64,000 nt of DNA, from positions 2,238,151-2,302,150 of the forward strand of contig MU054001.1 in the NCBI GenBank assembly GCA_013239625.1, given 5' to 3'. Positions within the stretch are counted from its first letter, which is position 1; each line of letters opens with the position of its first letter. Of the stretch, positions 11,202 to 24,054 are shown one piece after another. This stretch comes from Lama guanicoe. Lineage: Eukaryota. The notes beneath the pieces were generated by a model that saw only the letters and a list, made by a program, of their open reading frames with translations, was not told the origin of the DNA and made no database searches. Made by a program: the position numbers and the translations under genes.

Positions 11202-11705
11202 CAGTGTTTCCTAAAATAAAGATACGGTGAGGGAATACAAGATGATTTTAAGGGGTGCATGAGCGCAGTAATAAATAATATTGAAGCACATGATGAGAAA
11301 TCCATTCTCTTGTCAATTCTTTCCCAATACCTCTTATTACATTAAAGAAAAGGTCTCAATTTGGTGCTAACGTGTCCTTAACACCTTCTACTCTTGGGAC
11401 TCTGCCTTTTTAACAAAGAGGCTCGGGCTCAGAGACCTACAGGTGCAACAACACCAACCTAGCGCTGAACAACATTTTTGTTTGTATCATGCCAATTTTA
11501 GGTCTCTCTAATTATGGCAAATGATACCAGCTTTTACTTATGGTGCTGATAAAAGATTTCCTTATTGCAGTTTTTTCTAATGACTTCAGAAAATAGTCAA
11601 TGTCAATGTAAATGAAATGATTACATAAATAACAGTCCTGGTGGTTCATGGATATGGTGGAAGTCATCGATGTAGGATGTGAATGATGGACATTGGGGAA
11701 ATGGT
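11202..11705. mobile_element. hAT-Charlie element (MER113-like)
   Basis: Starts cagtgtttcctaaa; ends gtggttcatggatatgg...gaatgatggacattggggaaatgg (degenerate TIRs). Confidence 0.55.
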
Positions 11706-11809
11706 CCTCTAGTCCCAGGGTAAAGTGGGCTGCAGTAGCCGGGCTGGGGCTGAACCTGCAGGGGAGAGTTAAAGGGAGGCACGCTGGAAAGCGATGGGAA
11801 AGGGCCTTG

Positions 11810-11985
11810 AGAATGACCCAGGTGGTGGGAGCCTGGCTTCTTGGACTGGCTTGGCCATTTACTAGCCATGTGGCTTGGAGCTTTCTCTTCCCTTTCTGGA
11901 CTTGCAGAGTCCCCCACTGTAAAGCAAAGAGTTTGGACTTGATCATCTCTAGCGTTCCCTTCAGCCCTGACTTTCTATGATTCTG
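11810..11985 (+). mobile_element. MIR/MIR3 fragment
   Basis: ccatttactagccatgtggcttgg...ttggacttgatcatctctagcgttcccttcagccctgactttctatgattct. Confidence 0.65.
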
Positions 11986-12083
11986 TGAGTGAGGCAGGCA
12001 TTATAGCGAACGTCTCAATAATTTTGACCCACATTTTAATATGTTGCTGTGAAAAAAAACCTCTTCCCAGAGCTGATCATTGA

Positions 12084-12290
12084 CAGTGAGGTTTGTCAAC
12101 TGCTGTTTTATTGACATTTGAGGCAGGATAATTCCCTATTTCAGGGATCGTCCAAGGCCTTGTAGGATGTTTAGCCGCATCTCTGAACTCTACCCACTAG
12201 ACGCCAGTAGCAATCTCCCAGTGTGACAACCAGAAATATTTCCAGACATTGCCAAATGGAGGCAAAATCACCCTGGTTGGGAATCACGGG
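12084..12290 (-). mobile_element. MER20 hAT-Charlie element
   Basis: tgtaggatgtttagc...ctctacccactagacgccagtagc...gtgacaaccagaaatatttccagacattgccaaatg. Confidence 0.85.
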
Positions 12291-12429
12291 TTTAGGGAAA
12301 ATGCATCTGTTTTTGTCTGTTCTGTGTCCCACTGGTTCAAATAGCAAGTTACTCAAACTTTCCAGTAGTATTTTTAGGGTGCAGGTTGCCTTCCACGGAG
12401 CAATAGGAGACAATAGGCCACTGGATCAA

Positions 12430-13110
12430 TTGATTCATTGATTAATTCACTCACTAGTCATTCACTGAGCACGATCATACTGAACACCAAGCATGCAGTG
12501 GTGAACAAGGACTTGCAATTGGCCACCACTGATTTGTGTATCATTTCTTACGAAACGTATTAATTAAACTGTTACTTACACTCCTGTTCTTCATCTAACA
12601 AATACTTCTTGCACGTGTGGCTTTTGTTAGCCCTATGCTGAAGCACAGAAGCAGTGAGGAAGACAGACATGCTACCTCCCCTTAAGGAGGTTCCAGCAGG
12701 CAAGGCACTCTGCTAGGCATTGTTGGGCACTCAAAGGCAACCATGATGAATGGATATGAATATGATGAATGAAGGCTACCTCAAGTGGGCTCAGTTTAGT
12801 AAGGACAATGAGGCACATACCTAATGGAGTCTATTGGAAGACAAGAAGTGGAAGAGATACCCTTTGGCTGGGAAGATTATACCAATCTTCATGAATGCAT
12901 TTGAACTCAGTCACTAAAAACAGCATTTATTAAGTATTACGATGTACCCATTTTAGAGATGGGGAAACTCCTTCAGAGGGCTCCAGAAGTCACACAAGGT
13001 TACTTAGCTAGTGGAAGTCAGTCGATGGAGGGAGGGAAGATGGAGAATTAACTTGAATCTAGGTATGTATGTCTGGCAACAGAGCCCCATGGACTTATCT
13101 ACTTCCTCAG
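12430..13110 (-). mobile_element. Cluster of old L2 and MIR fragments
   Basis: ttcattgattaattcactcact...; aacaaatacttcttgcac...; cccattttagagatggggaaact. Confidence 0.5.
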
Positions 13111-13222
13111 GCTGATACTAAAGAGTGTTGCGAGATTTCTCAGAGACAGATAGCAGTTATAGACGTGTGAGGAAACAAGGGTAGCAAAGCATCATCTGTA
13201 AGAAGGCTGCATGATAGTAAAT

Positions 13223-13344
13223 GGGAGAGGGTAGAGCTCAGTGGTAGAGTGCATGCTTGGCATGCATGAGGCCCTGGATTCAATCCCCAGTACTTCCATT
13301 AAAATAAATAAATAAACCTTGCCCCCCCCCCCCAAAAAAAACCC
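13223..13344 (+). mobile_element. tRNA-derived SINE (Vic-1-like)
   Basis: gggagagggtagagctcagtggtagagtgcatgcttggcatgcatgaggccctggattcaatcccc; TSD agtaaatg (13216-13223 / 13345-13352). Confidence 0.9.
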
Positions 13345-14385
13345 AGTAAATGTATGACCTTTTCTGATCCCAAGATTAAAGGCTCCCGGAAGAATGTATT
13401 TCCAGTGGGAAGGAGATGCAACAGTTGAGACAGAGAGAGAGAGAGAGGATATGGTGACCATTGCATGAAGGCCGAACAGAATTTGAAACAAGAAAAATTT
13501 TCTGGCCAAATTCAAAATAAGCTGCACAGAACATGATATTTGCTCCCTTTTGCTGTTTAGACCTTTGAATTCTTATAGGATGCGTCATCAGGGAACAGCT
13601 CCCTCTTAAGGAAGCTTGTTAAAGGGAGCCTCCTCCCTCGTATGCTTACTTTTAGTTTTGGTTTTCTCCTGAAATTTGCTTGCAAGAGAAATCCAAACCT
13701 TAAAGACTTCACCCATTAGTGGAGACAGAAATCTCTGCAGGTTCTTTCCTGGCTTCACTACTGAATGAACTGTATTACCACAGTGACCGTTTTACACGTC
13801 GTCTAGCTAAGGAATAGGGGAATATGTTCAGTACGTGCTACACATAACATCAGCATGTGTTCCTGTAACATGCTTTCATCCCTATTTGCTGCTCCCTCCC
13901 CCTCTGTGATTTGTGATTTGTTCATAAATAATACAAAGTCTGAGAGTAAATAGAGGAATTTTATCTTGTTCCATCAAAAGAATTTCTGTTGGAGTGGGGA
14001 CTTTTTTTTTTTTTGCTAATGGTCTTTAAATATCTTGAAAGACTAGTTGTGTCTAGCATAAATGCCTTAACATTGAAAAAAAAATTACCCAAGAACTCTA
14101 TTGGAATGTGAGTCTTGAAAACGTAATACGGTAGAATGTTTAGAGTAGATGATATTATAGTGGCATTATTACAAATTGGCAGCCTATCAATCTTTGAGAA
14201 TTAAACCTTTAGGAAACTCATTGTATTTACCTTGATGGGCTCCAAGTAACAGCAAAGACCCAGGCTCATGCATATTTCTTTTGGAAAAGAAAGCAATTGA
14301 TCAAAGTGAATATGTCTGTGTCTCCACTAGACTATAGGCTCACTGAGGTCAGGAGGAGGGGCTTGAGGGCTCCTGACTTGCCTAA

Positions 14386-14557
14386 TAGGGTTGCTGGAGC
14401 TGACTTGTGCTGGTTTATGTGCTTCAGGAATTTTGCAAGTCAATTGTAAAACCCAGGGTAGCTTGAAATTGGCTGTTTTGAGACTGTTTACTCCACAGAA
14501 CTTGACCAACACAAATCAGGGTTTTGTTTTGTTTTGTTGAGTGCTGGATTTCCAGGA
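14386..14557 (+). mobile_element. MER63-like hAT-Blackjack element
   Basis: gctggagctgacttgtgctgg...ggtagcttgaaattggc...tttactccacagaa...caaatcaggg. Confidence 0.65.
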
Positions 14558-16593
14558 AATGTTTGCTCATCTAGAAATCAGGAGCCTCTACTTTGCAGAA
14601 ATAACAACAACAAATCCTAAACTAATGCTCTATGATTGAGTTGGAATTTCTTCCTCTGTTGACTGGAATTCACTCTGGACTCCATCTCTCCTTTAATAAT
14701 GTTATTTCACAATATGCATGAAGGGACCAGGGTAGAACATATTGTAATTTTCCAAGCATAAATAGACCTTTGTCATATAGGCTATGTCTACACAAAGAAA
14801 GCATTTCCAACTTTATCGTGTATTACCCTCTTTTCATCCTACCCCCCCATAAATTAATACTCTGACACTGAACACGTTGGAGTTAATACTCTGATATCTG
14901 TTTTGGGGCCCTACAGTGAGCAAGGCACTTTGGCAAGAACTAGGGGGGCACTCAACATGACTAAAGAGCTAGTTTATGCTGTCTGACATTATTCTTCTGC
15001 TAGGAGGAGGAAGAGAGTATAATATATAGAGAATCTGGGCATGGACACTCTGTCTTGTTACTGTAATGTGTGGCGCTAATACCCACAGGAAGTGAGAAGT
15101 CAGAGCCAGGGTCAGGTCACCCACTTAGCTGGAGTGAGAACAAAAACATGGGACAAGGTACCAAGTCAAGGAAGGTGTGGCTCAAGAAAAGTCAGTGTAA
15201 GAGGAGGTCCAGTGGGGATGGTGGGAAGTTGAGCCTGATATTCTGAAAGTGAAGTCTGAGCAATGGGATACTTCTGGAATTGCACTGGTGGTGTGGGAAT
15301 TTCTGTATTTCCAGTTCTGGTGACGGTGGGCATGGGGGAGCTGAGACCATGGAAAGAGACGTTAGCAGAGCCTTTGACTGCCAGGAGCTGGCGGGTGACT
15401 TGAAGAGTCATTAAACGTGCAGGAAAAGAAGTTCATGATGAAGTCAGAAGGAGCAAGTGTCAAATCAGTGGCAAGGGCTGAAGTTTGGCACATCTCTGGA
15501 TGAACGGGTGATTGTGCATGTTCAGAGATGAGGCAGGATTTTAAAAGGTCCTCAAAAGATGAGTAGAAAGAGGTAAACATTCTGGGTACAGGTGGTTTGA
15601 GCAAGCATGGGTGAGGGAAATGTGATATTGGCAAATGAGGATGGCATAGAGACTCAACTGACTGAAGTGTAAGATTCACCATGGCCACATTTAGATAGTA
15701 AGAAGTTTTGGTTAATAGGGCCACCAAAATGTTGATTTTTATTAACAATTAAAATGCAGTAACATTTTTTAATGTGAAAAGAACACAAAAACATATACTT
15801 GAGAATAAAACTTGATTGAGTAAAACTGTGTTTTTTCCTTAAATCTTTAAATGATGTACTTTTTGGTGATCGTCATTCTTTTGTACACTCAACACATTTC
15901 TAAGGACTAAGTGAGGAGATGGGCGGATACCATGATAAACTATCCATGGATTTTAACTTCAAAGGGTAAGGGAGACGGGACTAACATGTATGTAATGACA
16001 ACACAATGAAAATCATGAATGCTGTTAAGAGGAACGTGGATAAAGAACTGTAGATATTATAAGAAGGAAGAGGCTATCTGTGACTGGCAGTAATCAGAGA
16101 GGCTTCAAGGAGAATGGAAAGGATTTATAGCATCCACTCAGCTTAAAAATCATCTCCAAATAGCTTTTCCTTGCCAGTTTAGAATATAAAGTAGATCTTT
16201 TCTTCCAAAGCATTCTAGACTGTGGCATAGAGGGGGAAAAAAAAACAGGAAACATGAGGCATCAAGGGGTCTCATAACCAAGAGCTGTGTCTGGAGGTTA
16301 CCACCCCCATTTTGCCTCCATGTGGATTGGTTGGTTTGGTTGACTTCATTTATTAAATTTTGTGCCTGGTGCTCTAGTAACTGGGGATAAAGCAGGTAAG
16401 AAGGCAGACAATGTCATGGCCTTTATGAAACATATGTTCTGAGAGGAGACAGACATCAATTAAGGCAATTTGGACGTTGGTTCAGATCAGGAAAACCATT
16501 GCTTGATTAGTACCCTGCTCCAGCAACCAGTGAGGTGCCATGTCCCTTCTTCAGGTCCTTATTTCTTTTAACTTGACTTGATGCAGCCCATAG

Positions 16594-16664
16594 CAACTCA
16601 ACTCAGCTCAGCTTAGCTCAACTCAACTCAACTCAGCTCACTCAGCTCAACTCAGCACAACTCA
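16594..16664. repeat. Pentanucleotide tandem repeat (CTCAA/CTCAG)n, about 14 units
   Basis: caactcaactcagctcagcttagctcaactcaactcaactcagctcactcagctcaactcagcacaactca read directly. Confidence 0.95.
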
Positions 16665-16687
16665 TAAGTCAACTAATAGTAATGGCA

Positions 16688-16800
16688 AGAATTACCTTGG
16701 GGAGGTACACAGATTTTACAAATTTTTTTTGGTCCCTCCCCTGAAGAATCCAATACAGGGGATTGGGGTGGAACCCTGGAATCTGTATTTTATTTGGGAA
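16688..16800. mobile_element. MER5-like hAT fragment
   Basis: agaattaccttggggag...tggggtggaaccctggaatctgtatttt. Confidence 0.5.
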
Positions 16801-18199
16801 AATTGCACTGTGTTGTGCATTCTGGCTTTTTTGGAGGACCTGTTCTGTGCTTAGCATTGTGTGTATGTATGTGTTGGGGGAGGGGGAGAGGGGACAACAG
16901 TGGGGGAAGTCAAGTGTACGCATTATACACAGTTCCCATCTTCCAAAGTTGCTCCCTCCAACCCCTCCAAAACCAGGAATGGGCCCCTTTATTCCCTTGA
17001 GTTGGAACTGCCTGAATTTTAAAGCACTGCACAATTTATTCAGAGGAAGTCTTTCAAGAAGGAGTGGGAGCTGGGCCACAGGATTCTAATCTTGAATATT
17101 CAGGGAAAGCAGCATGTCCTATTCAACACGGCTGATCAATAATGAGTGCATTCACACTCTAAATGTGTGCATTATATACAGATACAAAATATACAATGCC
17201 CCCAAAACGGGGAAAGACATTTCTGATTGAATTTTTTTGTTTGGGTTTATAAAAATAACTTGTGGTGCATCAATTACTCTCCATTTCCATGGATACAGGC
17301 AATACTTTATTATGTAACTCTACAGCTGTGCTGGTTTTTAATATAAAACCCAGATTTTTTCATCTATTTCTCTTTCATAGTTACTGAACTGAGATAATAA
17401 CATCTTTTACCTATGAATGTATTCAATTCCTTTTTTTTCACCCTCCTGCAAACTATTATTGATTAGAATTTCATTTTGTGGCTTTTGTAATAAAATCTCC
17501 AGTAAATGTTACCATTGCAGGCAGTAGAAGGGAGGAGCGGTGAAGAAGGTCATTCTTTATGTATATTATGTGTAAATATGTATGTATAAAGAATGCAGTA
17601 TGTGTGTGCACATTTCTTTCAGCTCTAACAAGTGGACGCCTGGGCATTGTACTGCCTTCCAATTTGTTCTAGGGCAGTTTTCAAATGACCGTTTATGAAA
17701 TGTTAAGAAAATATTTCTCTCCTTTTTTTTTTTTTTAAAGAACCCACCACCTTCTTTTCTGAGAACAAAACTCTGTCTCTATACCTCTGTAATTTGTAGT
17801 TCAGTGTCGTTGTTTTAACTCCCTAGTGATGCTCGAAGTTGATGAATATCATGTAGTTATTTCCAGGTGTCCCTGCACAGAAATGGCCTCCCATCTTTTC
17901 CTGGGGATTGGAGTAGTGAGTGATAGGAAGGGGGAAGGAAAAGAGGAAGGGACATGAGAATCCAGATAAGGCTGAAAAGAGGGCAGCTTAGGAGAATGAA
18001 GCTGGATAGGATTTGACAGACTACTGAGAGGATTCTGGCCCCACAGATTATCAGCCCTTTGAAATTCTTCCACTAGCAATGCAAATTTTTGTAAACAGGG
18101 TTAACTTCAGGGACAGGAATAAGCCTGAGGGGTCTAAAACTTTGAAATTTTATGTGAAAAATTACATGTTTGTGAGTATGTGCATTTTTGGAGGAAAGG

Positions 18200-18698
18200 G
18201 TCTGTTATAGGTAGATTTGGGGGTGGCTGCCTGGCTTACAATTCTTGGATAGGTCACTCCCTCTTCTGATGACAGAGCCCTCCAGAAGAGGGGGGCATGG
18301 TTAAGCCATCCATCCTGGTCACAGTGACTGACTGAAGAAGTGGGCACCTGACCCCAGCTGGCCAATTAGAGTCCTTCCCTGGGAGTTTTCCAACTCAGTT
18401 GGGAGGAAAGCACTCCCTTCCCTCCCTGGGTGATGGTAGGAGGATTCAGCCATGATCTCCACCATGTGGCAAAAATCCATCTATAATAGGAGGGAATAAA
18501 GTTATCAGTCAGAAAAGAACAGAGGTGAAGGTGAGAGACAGAGAGAGAAGGTAAAATCATGCTGACAGCACTCCGCTGTTTTGGGTACCTCTCAGGCCAG
18601 CTTCATTTCTGCCCCTTCTATATTTGAATATTTGAGTCAATAAATAACCCTCTTTGGCATAAGCCCCCTACAGCAGAATAAAAATCTTGAGAAGACAG
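18200..18698 (+). mobile_element. MaLR LTR (old MLT1)
   Basis: cctggtcacagtgactg...tgggcacctgacccca...ccaattagagtccttccctggga...caataaataaccctcttt. Confidence 0.65.
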
Positions 18699-19289
18699 AA
18701 TCCACAGTTGTCATCAGATTCATATGACCCAAAATGGGGTGAGGACACCCTCTGACTATCTTAAATCATCAAGGCCCCAGGAAGAGTTGGCTCAGAAAGT
18801 GATAAAGAAACCCTGGTGAGAAGGGGAAGGAGTTGATTCGATGACCTCCTCATTGATAAGAAGATCCTGGGAATGACTGTGGGGGCCTCCAGGGACTGCC
18901 CTATATCACAGTTTTGCTTGGGATGGCCCCGGGGTGATGGCACCAATTTTCAGTAAGCACTGAATAAACACCACTACATGCACAGCTCTGGGCAAGTCAC
19001 TGTGGAATGAAAAGGAATGAGGGTGTGGCCCATGCCTTGAACTTACAAAACATCGTGGCCCAGAGAACATTTCCCAGTAGTAATGGAAGTGGGCATGTGA
19101 GACGTGGTACAGCAAAGAAGCCGTGTATGAGAAAGGAGGCAGGATAACTAGCATACCTTCCATGTTCATTGTTGAGTAATTTAATTATTTAACTGATTAA
19201 GTAATTCACAAGCTCACCATGGGCCAGAATGGAATGACAGGATATCAGGGGATAGTCAGCATTGTGTCTTTCCCCACACTTTTGTGGTC

Positions 19290-19450
19290 TTCTTTCTCAG
19301 GAGGAGTCAAATGCACAGGAATTCTGGTTCCATGGCTTTTCTTTCCAAGGAGCCTCCATGCCCCAGTCTCCCCGATCTAACAAATGGTCATAATAATTTC
19401 AGCCCTACCTACTTAATTGAGGTGTCATGAAGACCTAATGAGATCTTTAG
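19290..19450 (+). mobile_element. MIR fragment
   Basis: cagtctccccgatctaacaaatgg...ataataatttcagccctacctac...taatgagat. Confidence 0.55.
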
Positions 19451-19511
19451 AATTTTTTGTTGTTTGTGTATTCCCGGGAGTTACATCTGGAACTATGCTG
19501 ATGTGTCTGGT

Positions 19512-19706
19512 CTGGGATGGCAAACATGCATGAATGATGTCAGCACTCTCTGTCTCCACCTGAGTCAGACATCACCAGTAGATCCTAGCACTCCTTCTGG
19601 CTCAACCTGGATGTGACCTTCCAATCTTTTTCAACATGATTCTCCATGCAGCCTCCACCACTGATCAGAGTTGGCATGTAAAATAAAACCCATTTGTGGT
19701 CTCTGA
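19512..19706. mobile_element. hAT-Charlie element (MER102/MER112 group)
   Basis: gggatggcaaac...cagacatcac...gatcagagttggcatgtaaaataaaacccatttg; a related copy lies at ~37170-37320. Confidence 0.55.
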
Positions 19707-21084
19707 TCTAGGTTCTTGGATGACTGGTATTAGAGTTGTAGGCTCAGGATCAATTTCCCAACTAATCACAGGAGAGGGATAAAAATATAATGATATGTTG
19801 CCACCATTTTGAAAAGGACAACATAGTGTAACTGTTAGGAAAACATAAACAGGAATTTAGGAGTTAGGAGAAAGGGATTGTTGTGTTAGCTATTCAAACA
19901 TCTTTGTTATCATTAATAACAGAGAGCGGGAAGGTTAGCTAAAATCACTCTAATTACTTCCCCCCAGCATCCCAGGCTGTGAGCCTAGAACTGAACAATT
20001 TGACAAGTCAAAACAGGACACGGCACAGGTAAGTCATTATTACTTTTTGCTCCTGAGAGTTTAAGGATGTGAGAATATAAGAACAACCTGAGGTAGAGGG
20101 ACATGAAACAAACGAACAAAAAAGTCACTTAAAAATATTTACCCAGAAGTGAGCATCCACGTGCAAAACCATAACTCCATCAACAAATGATCTGAGGACA
20201 CAAGTTGGGGACACGAGTGTCCTCTAAGCAGGGGCCTGAAACTTCAGTGATCAGAATTCATAGGCCCACAGCAACTGCATTTTCTCAGGCTCTCCCCACC
20301 TTGGAGGGGCTATGCAGAAGACACTGGACAGAGATAATTTCCTAATTTGCACAGTGGCTTCTAGGCTACTAGAGACCCCCTCCAAGGCTTGGGCTCCATC
20401 TCTTTGGGGTGCTTCCACACAAGGGTCCACACCCTCACCTGGGCAATGGCTGGCTGAGTCAGAGCTGACTTTCTCACCCAAGATGACCCAATAGGATTTT
20501 CTTTTCCCACTTATAGAATTAAATTATGGGGTCTCTAGCAGGTATCATTGGACCCAGCAGTCCATTTAGATGTGAAGGATTAGAGTTCAAGGCAGGTGGA
20601 ACGAGCTGCTTGCAGGCAGAGCAGAGAAGGTCTACTGGAGGAGGGTGTGGTGAAGGCTTTGGCTTTGCTTTCTTAAACTCAAGCTCTTAACTGGGCTTCC
20701 GTTCTCTGCCAGCAAGCCTGCCTTGACCCAACCTGCTCCCCCAGATCTGGGACATGTCCCTTCGTGGTGCATGAACTGGTATTTAGGTGGCAGAAGAGAT
20801 GATTTTCTGTGGCGCACTGCTGCAGACTTTTAAAACATCATCATCGATTTCCATCATGAGAAGGAAATTCCCTTTCAGCCCGTTTGATTATCTCAGTTTG
20901 GTGCTGGTCTTTAACATCTCAGACTTGCTAATTTCCTATTTCAACAAAGAGAGGATAGGGTTTAGGCCAAGAGCCTTCAGCAATCAATGTTATCTTGCTT
21001 GAATTTAATAATATTATCTTGCATTTAGTTTTAGGTTGCCTTCTTTTATGGTAGGTGATCTTACTTTCCCATTGCCCTCATTCC

Positions 21085-21180
21085 GACCCACAGAAGCCAG
21101 GAGAGACATTAAGAGGATTGTTGTTTAAAGCCACTGAGTTTAAGGGTGGTTTGTTACATAGCAGTAGAAAACGGGAACAG
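21085..21180 (+). mobile_element. MaLR LTR 3' end (MLT1)
   Basis: ttgtttaaagccactgagtttaagggtggtttgttacatagcagtaga. Confidence 0.75.
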
Positions 21181-21184
21181 AATC

Positions 21185-21650
21185 CTTGCCAGATAATTCA
21201 ATAGAGGGCAGTTAACACAGAGAGCAGGTTAGAAAAAATGTTGGAAAAGCTCAAAGGGCTGATAAGGGATGATGCAGCCACCCAGAGTTAGCAATGACAG
21301 GACTTCACTTCTGCTCAAAGAGCTGGAGGGACAAAAAGAGCAGAAGGTGTTATTGGTGCCCAGGAACCAGGGTGAAGATTTCTGGCAGGAGCTGGAACTT
21401 CAGCTACTGCCAAACACAGAGTCCAGAGGTTGGTGTAGGGGGCAGCGGTATAAATATTTTAGCTTATCCCCTTCTCTCCATATCTAGTCTCCTTTTGGGG
21501 CTTCTCATGAGACTCTTGCCAGAATCCTGTTGCTAAGGAAACATGGGCACCATAATTTGCAGGGGTCAGTCCCTTGGGATACAGAAGAGGGCAGGGTAGG
21601 AGATCTAAGAGTAAATGGGGCAAGTGACCAGAACTCAGGGTCATGTGACA
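21185..21650. mobile_element. Old ERVL-class LTR (LTR67/LTR33 group)
   Basis: gggatgatgcagccacccagagttagcaa...ggagggacaaaaagag...gcaggggtcagtcccttgggatacaga. Confidence 0.45.
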
Positions 21651-21819
21651 CAAATGAAGGCAAGATACTTCTGAGGGTCTACTATGGTCACTTCACTCAG
21701 AATGGAACTGAAGACATGAAAGTCCAGTGGAGTTTCAGATTTCCCTTCAGCCAGTTCATATGCCACCGGGACCATAGCCATCCCTGATTCCTGGAGGTCT
21801 GCTTAATCCTTTCCACATC

Positions 21820-22250
21820 ATACTAACAACCATCAGGCCCTTGTCAGTTGCAAGCAGTTCACTTTTCGGATATGTCCAGGGTGAAATGGCTTCAGGCACA
21901 GATGGGTGCAGATGTCCAACTGTGTCATCAGGTGACTGTCTCTGTCCATCTCAATTCAGCACTCCTCTGTCTTTATTCTCAGACAGTTGCTTTACGTGTA
22001 GGGGCAACCTGACTATCAGCAGTCTTAGACGTGCATTCATTGGCTGAGTGGCCCCAGTGTGAACTCAGTGCCTCTTTCTCAACGGTTCTAGCTAAAGAGC
22101 CAAGAGTTTCTTTGGCCTGGCTTGGGCCAGATGTCCATGCATGCACTGACCACTAGGGCCAGGAAAGTGGAATGCTCTGTGTCCATCAGTGTGCCCATCA
22201 ATGGAGGCAGAGAACCAAGTGGGGAGGGGCAGTGGTCAGCCTCACCTGAA
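21820..22250 (-). mobile_element. MaLR LTR (old MLT1)
   Basis: tcagttgcaag...tggcttcaggcacagatgg...ttggcctggcttgggccagatgtccat. Confidence 0.6.
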
Positions 22251-23464
22251 TGAAAGGACAATCTGTCTTTAAGAAAATCCAGGTTCTTGTCCTCCCAAGA
22301 GGGGATGCTGGGCGGGTACAAACAAATAGATGTCTCCTTGAACCCTTCCAGCACTTCTGTTGTCTCTGCCACGTCCCTATTTCCTTGTGTCTCTACTGGT
22401 CAGGAACATGTTATGCCTTATTCATGTCTATATCCCAACAATGTCTGGTATGGTACCAGGGACCAAGTAAACTCTCAGTAAATGTTTGTGGACTTGGATT
22501 GAGGTGTAAGCACTTGCGTTATGCATTTATTTCTAGAGCACAATGGGTATTTTCCATACCCCGGAGGGGACAGATTGGATTTCTTGTATTTTGTCTACAG
22601 TGGGTGATAGGCAGAAGAGAGGGGAGCAGTGCTGGCCCCAACGCATCCTTACTCCCGTCCCGGAATCTTTTCCCTACTGCCGGGTCTCTTGGGGACCCTG
22701 GCCAATCCAGCTGAGAGCTCATCTCCATTTGCTACAAATTAGAAAACCAGCATTTTCCTTTCAGTTGGCCCGAGGCACAATCTTTCCCTTCCAATTTGAA
22801 TTGCATATAAGTACCATTTCTTCCTTTTGGATGTTTAAGGACAATCTGACACTCCGGTTGTTTTTTCCTCATCTTTCAGATTAAAAAAAAAAAAATAAAA
22901 CCTCTTAGAGCCCCAATTGGTATTCTAGCCTCTTTTAAAAAATACTGCCACCAAAGTTCTTCAATTACTCTGCACAAATTAACTTCAGATTCGTCTTTGC
23001 ACAGGCCACCACGTAAGCCCAGACTCCTTTAGTCACTGGCCTCCAAGCCAATCTCCCACTAAACAGAACCATTATGGGGAGCCATTAAAAATGAAGAGCT
23101 GTCAAGAATCCCTTATAATGATGTTGGGAACTGTATTCACAAAGATTTTTTTTAATGACTCAATGGTTTTTAAAAAGGCAATGAAACACTGTTAAGGAAC
23201 TATAATGTAATAAATCAATCAGAGTTCCTCTGACTTGACTACACTGTCTTCATATTTATTGCAGCATATGGAAAACCGCACTGCTAATTCTTTGCTACCT
23301 CCCCACCCCCCGTGCAAAACTTGAGGAGACATCTAGGTAGAGCATATTTACCTTTTAAGAGATCTATATTTGCTTTTAGTATTACTTACCAAATCCAATC
23401 TTCAAAGTATTTATTGGAACAGGGGCTCTTCTAAATTTTGTTTTCAATGTGTCTTCTTTGGGGA

Positions 23465-23925
23465 TAGCGTTAGTTAGGGTTCCTTGATTGTAGACAACAG
23501 AAGCTGACTCCGACTAACGGAAGAAGGGGAAATTTATTGGGAGGAAAGCAGGAATTCACAGAATTGTCAAGAGCCTTGAGTCTGCATGAGAATGGACAGG
23601 AACCAGAGCAAATCCTGAGGGCTGGAAAGGAGGACACAGAGTAAGTCTCTTGTGGCAGAGAAGTGTGGCCAGAGTGCTGTCACCACCTGCAACCATGAAA
23701 GTACTTCTCCCTTTATTTCACTCTCTCTTAGGACAGTACATTTGATGAGCTGAGCTTAAGCCGCGTTCCCTGATTACCCCATTCCCTGGCTTTACTGAGA
23801 AGGAGACAGAAAAGGTAGTCTCGTCAGCAGCTTCCATAGTGGGAAATGGGTGCCTTGATTTGCCATGCCAGACAGGTGACATACAATGGAAGAAGTAATT
23901 TCCTAAAAGGAAATCATTGAGCTGC
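23465..23925 (-). mobile_element. MaLR LTR (old MLT1)
   Basis: ttagttagggttccttgattgtagacaacagaagctgactc...gggaaatttattggg...gtaatttcctaaaaggaaatc. Confidence 0.6.
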
Positions 23926-24054
23926 TCAAAAATATTAATTAAGATAATGCCAGCTGTTACAACAGCTGATATCCCTAATTCTGTATATTGGCTTCACACA
24001 ATAAAAGCTTATTTCTCCATCACATTATAGTTCACTTCGGTTGTTCCCAATTGG

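Noticed and set aside
14854..14894. Direct repeat ttaatactctga x2 with a 17-nt spacer (CRISPR-like or TSD-like)
   Set aside because: Only two short units in a eukaryotic context; best explained as a small local duplication.
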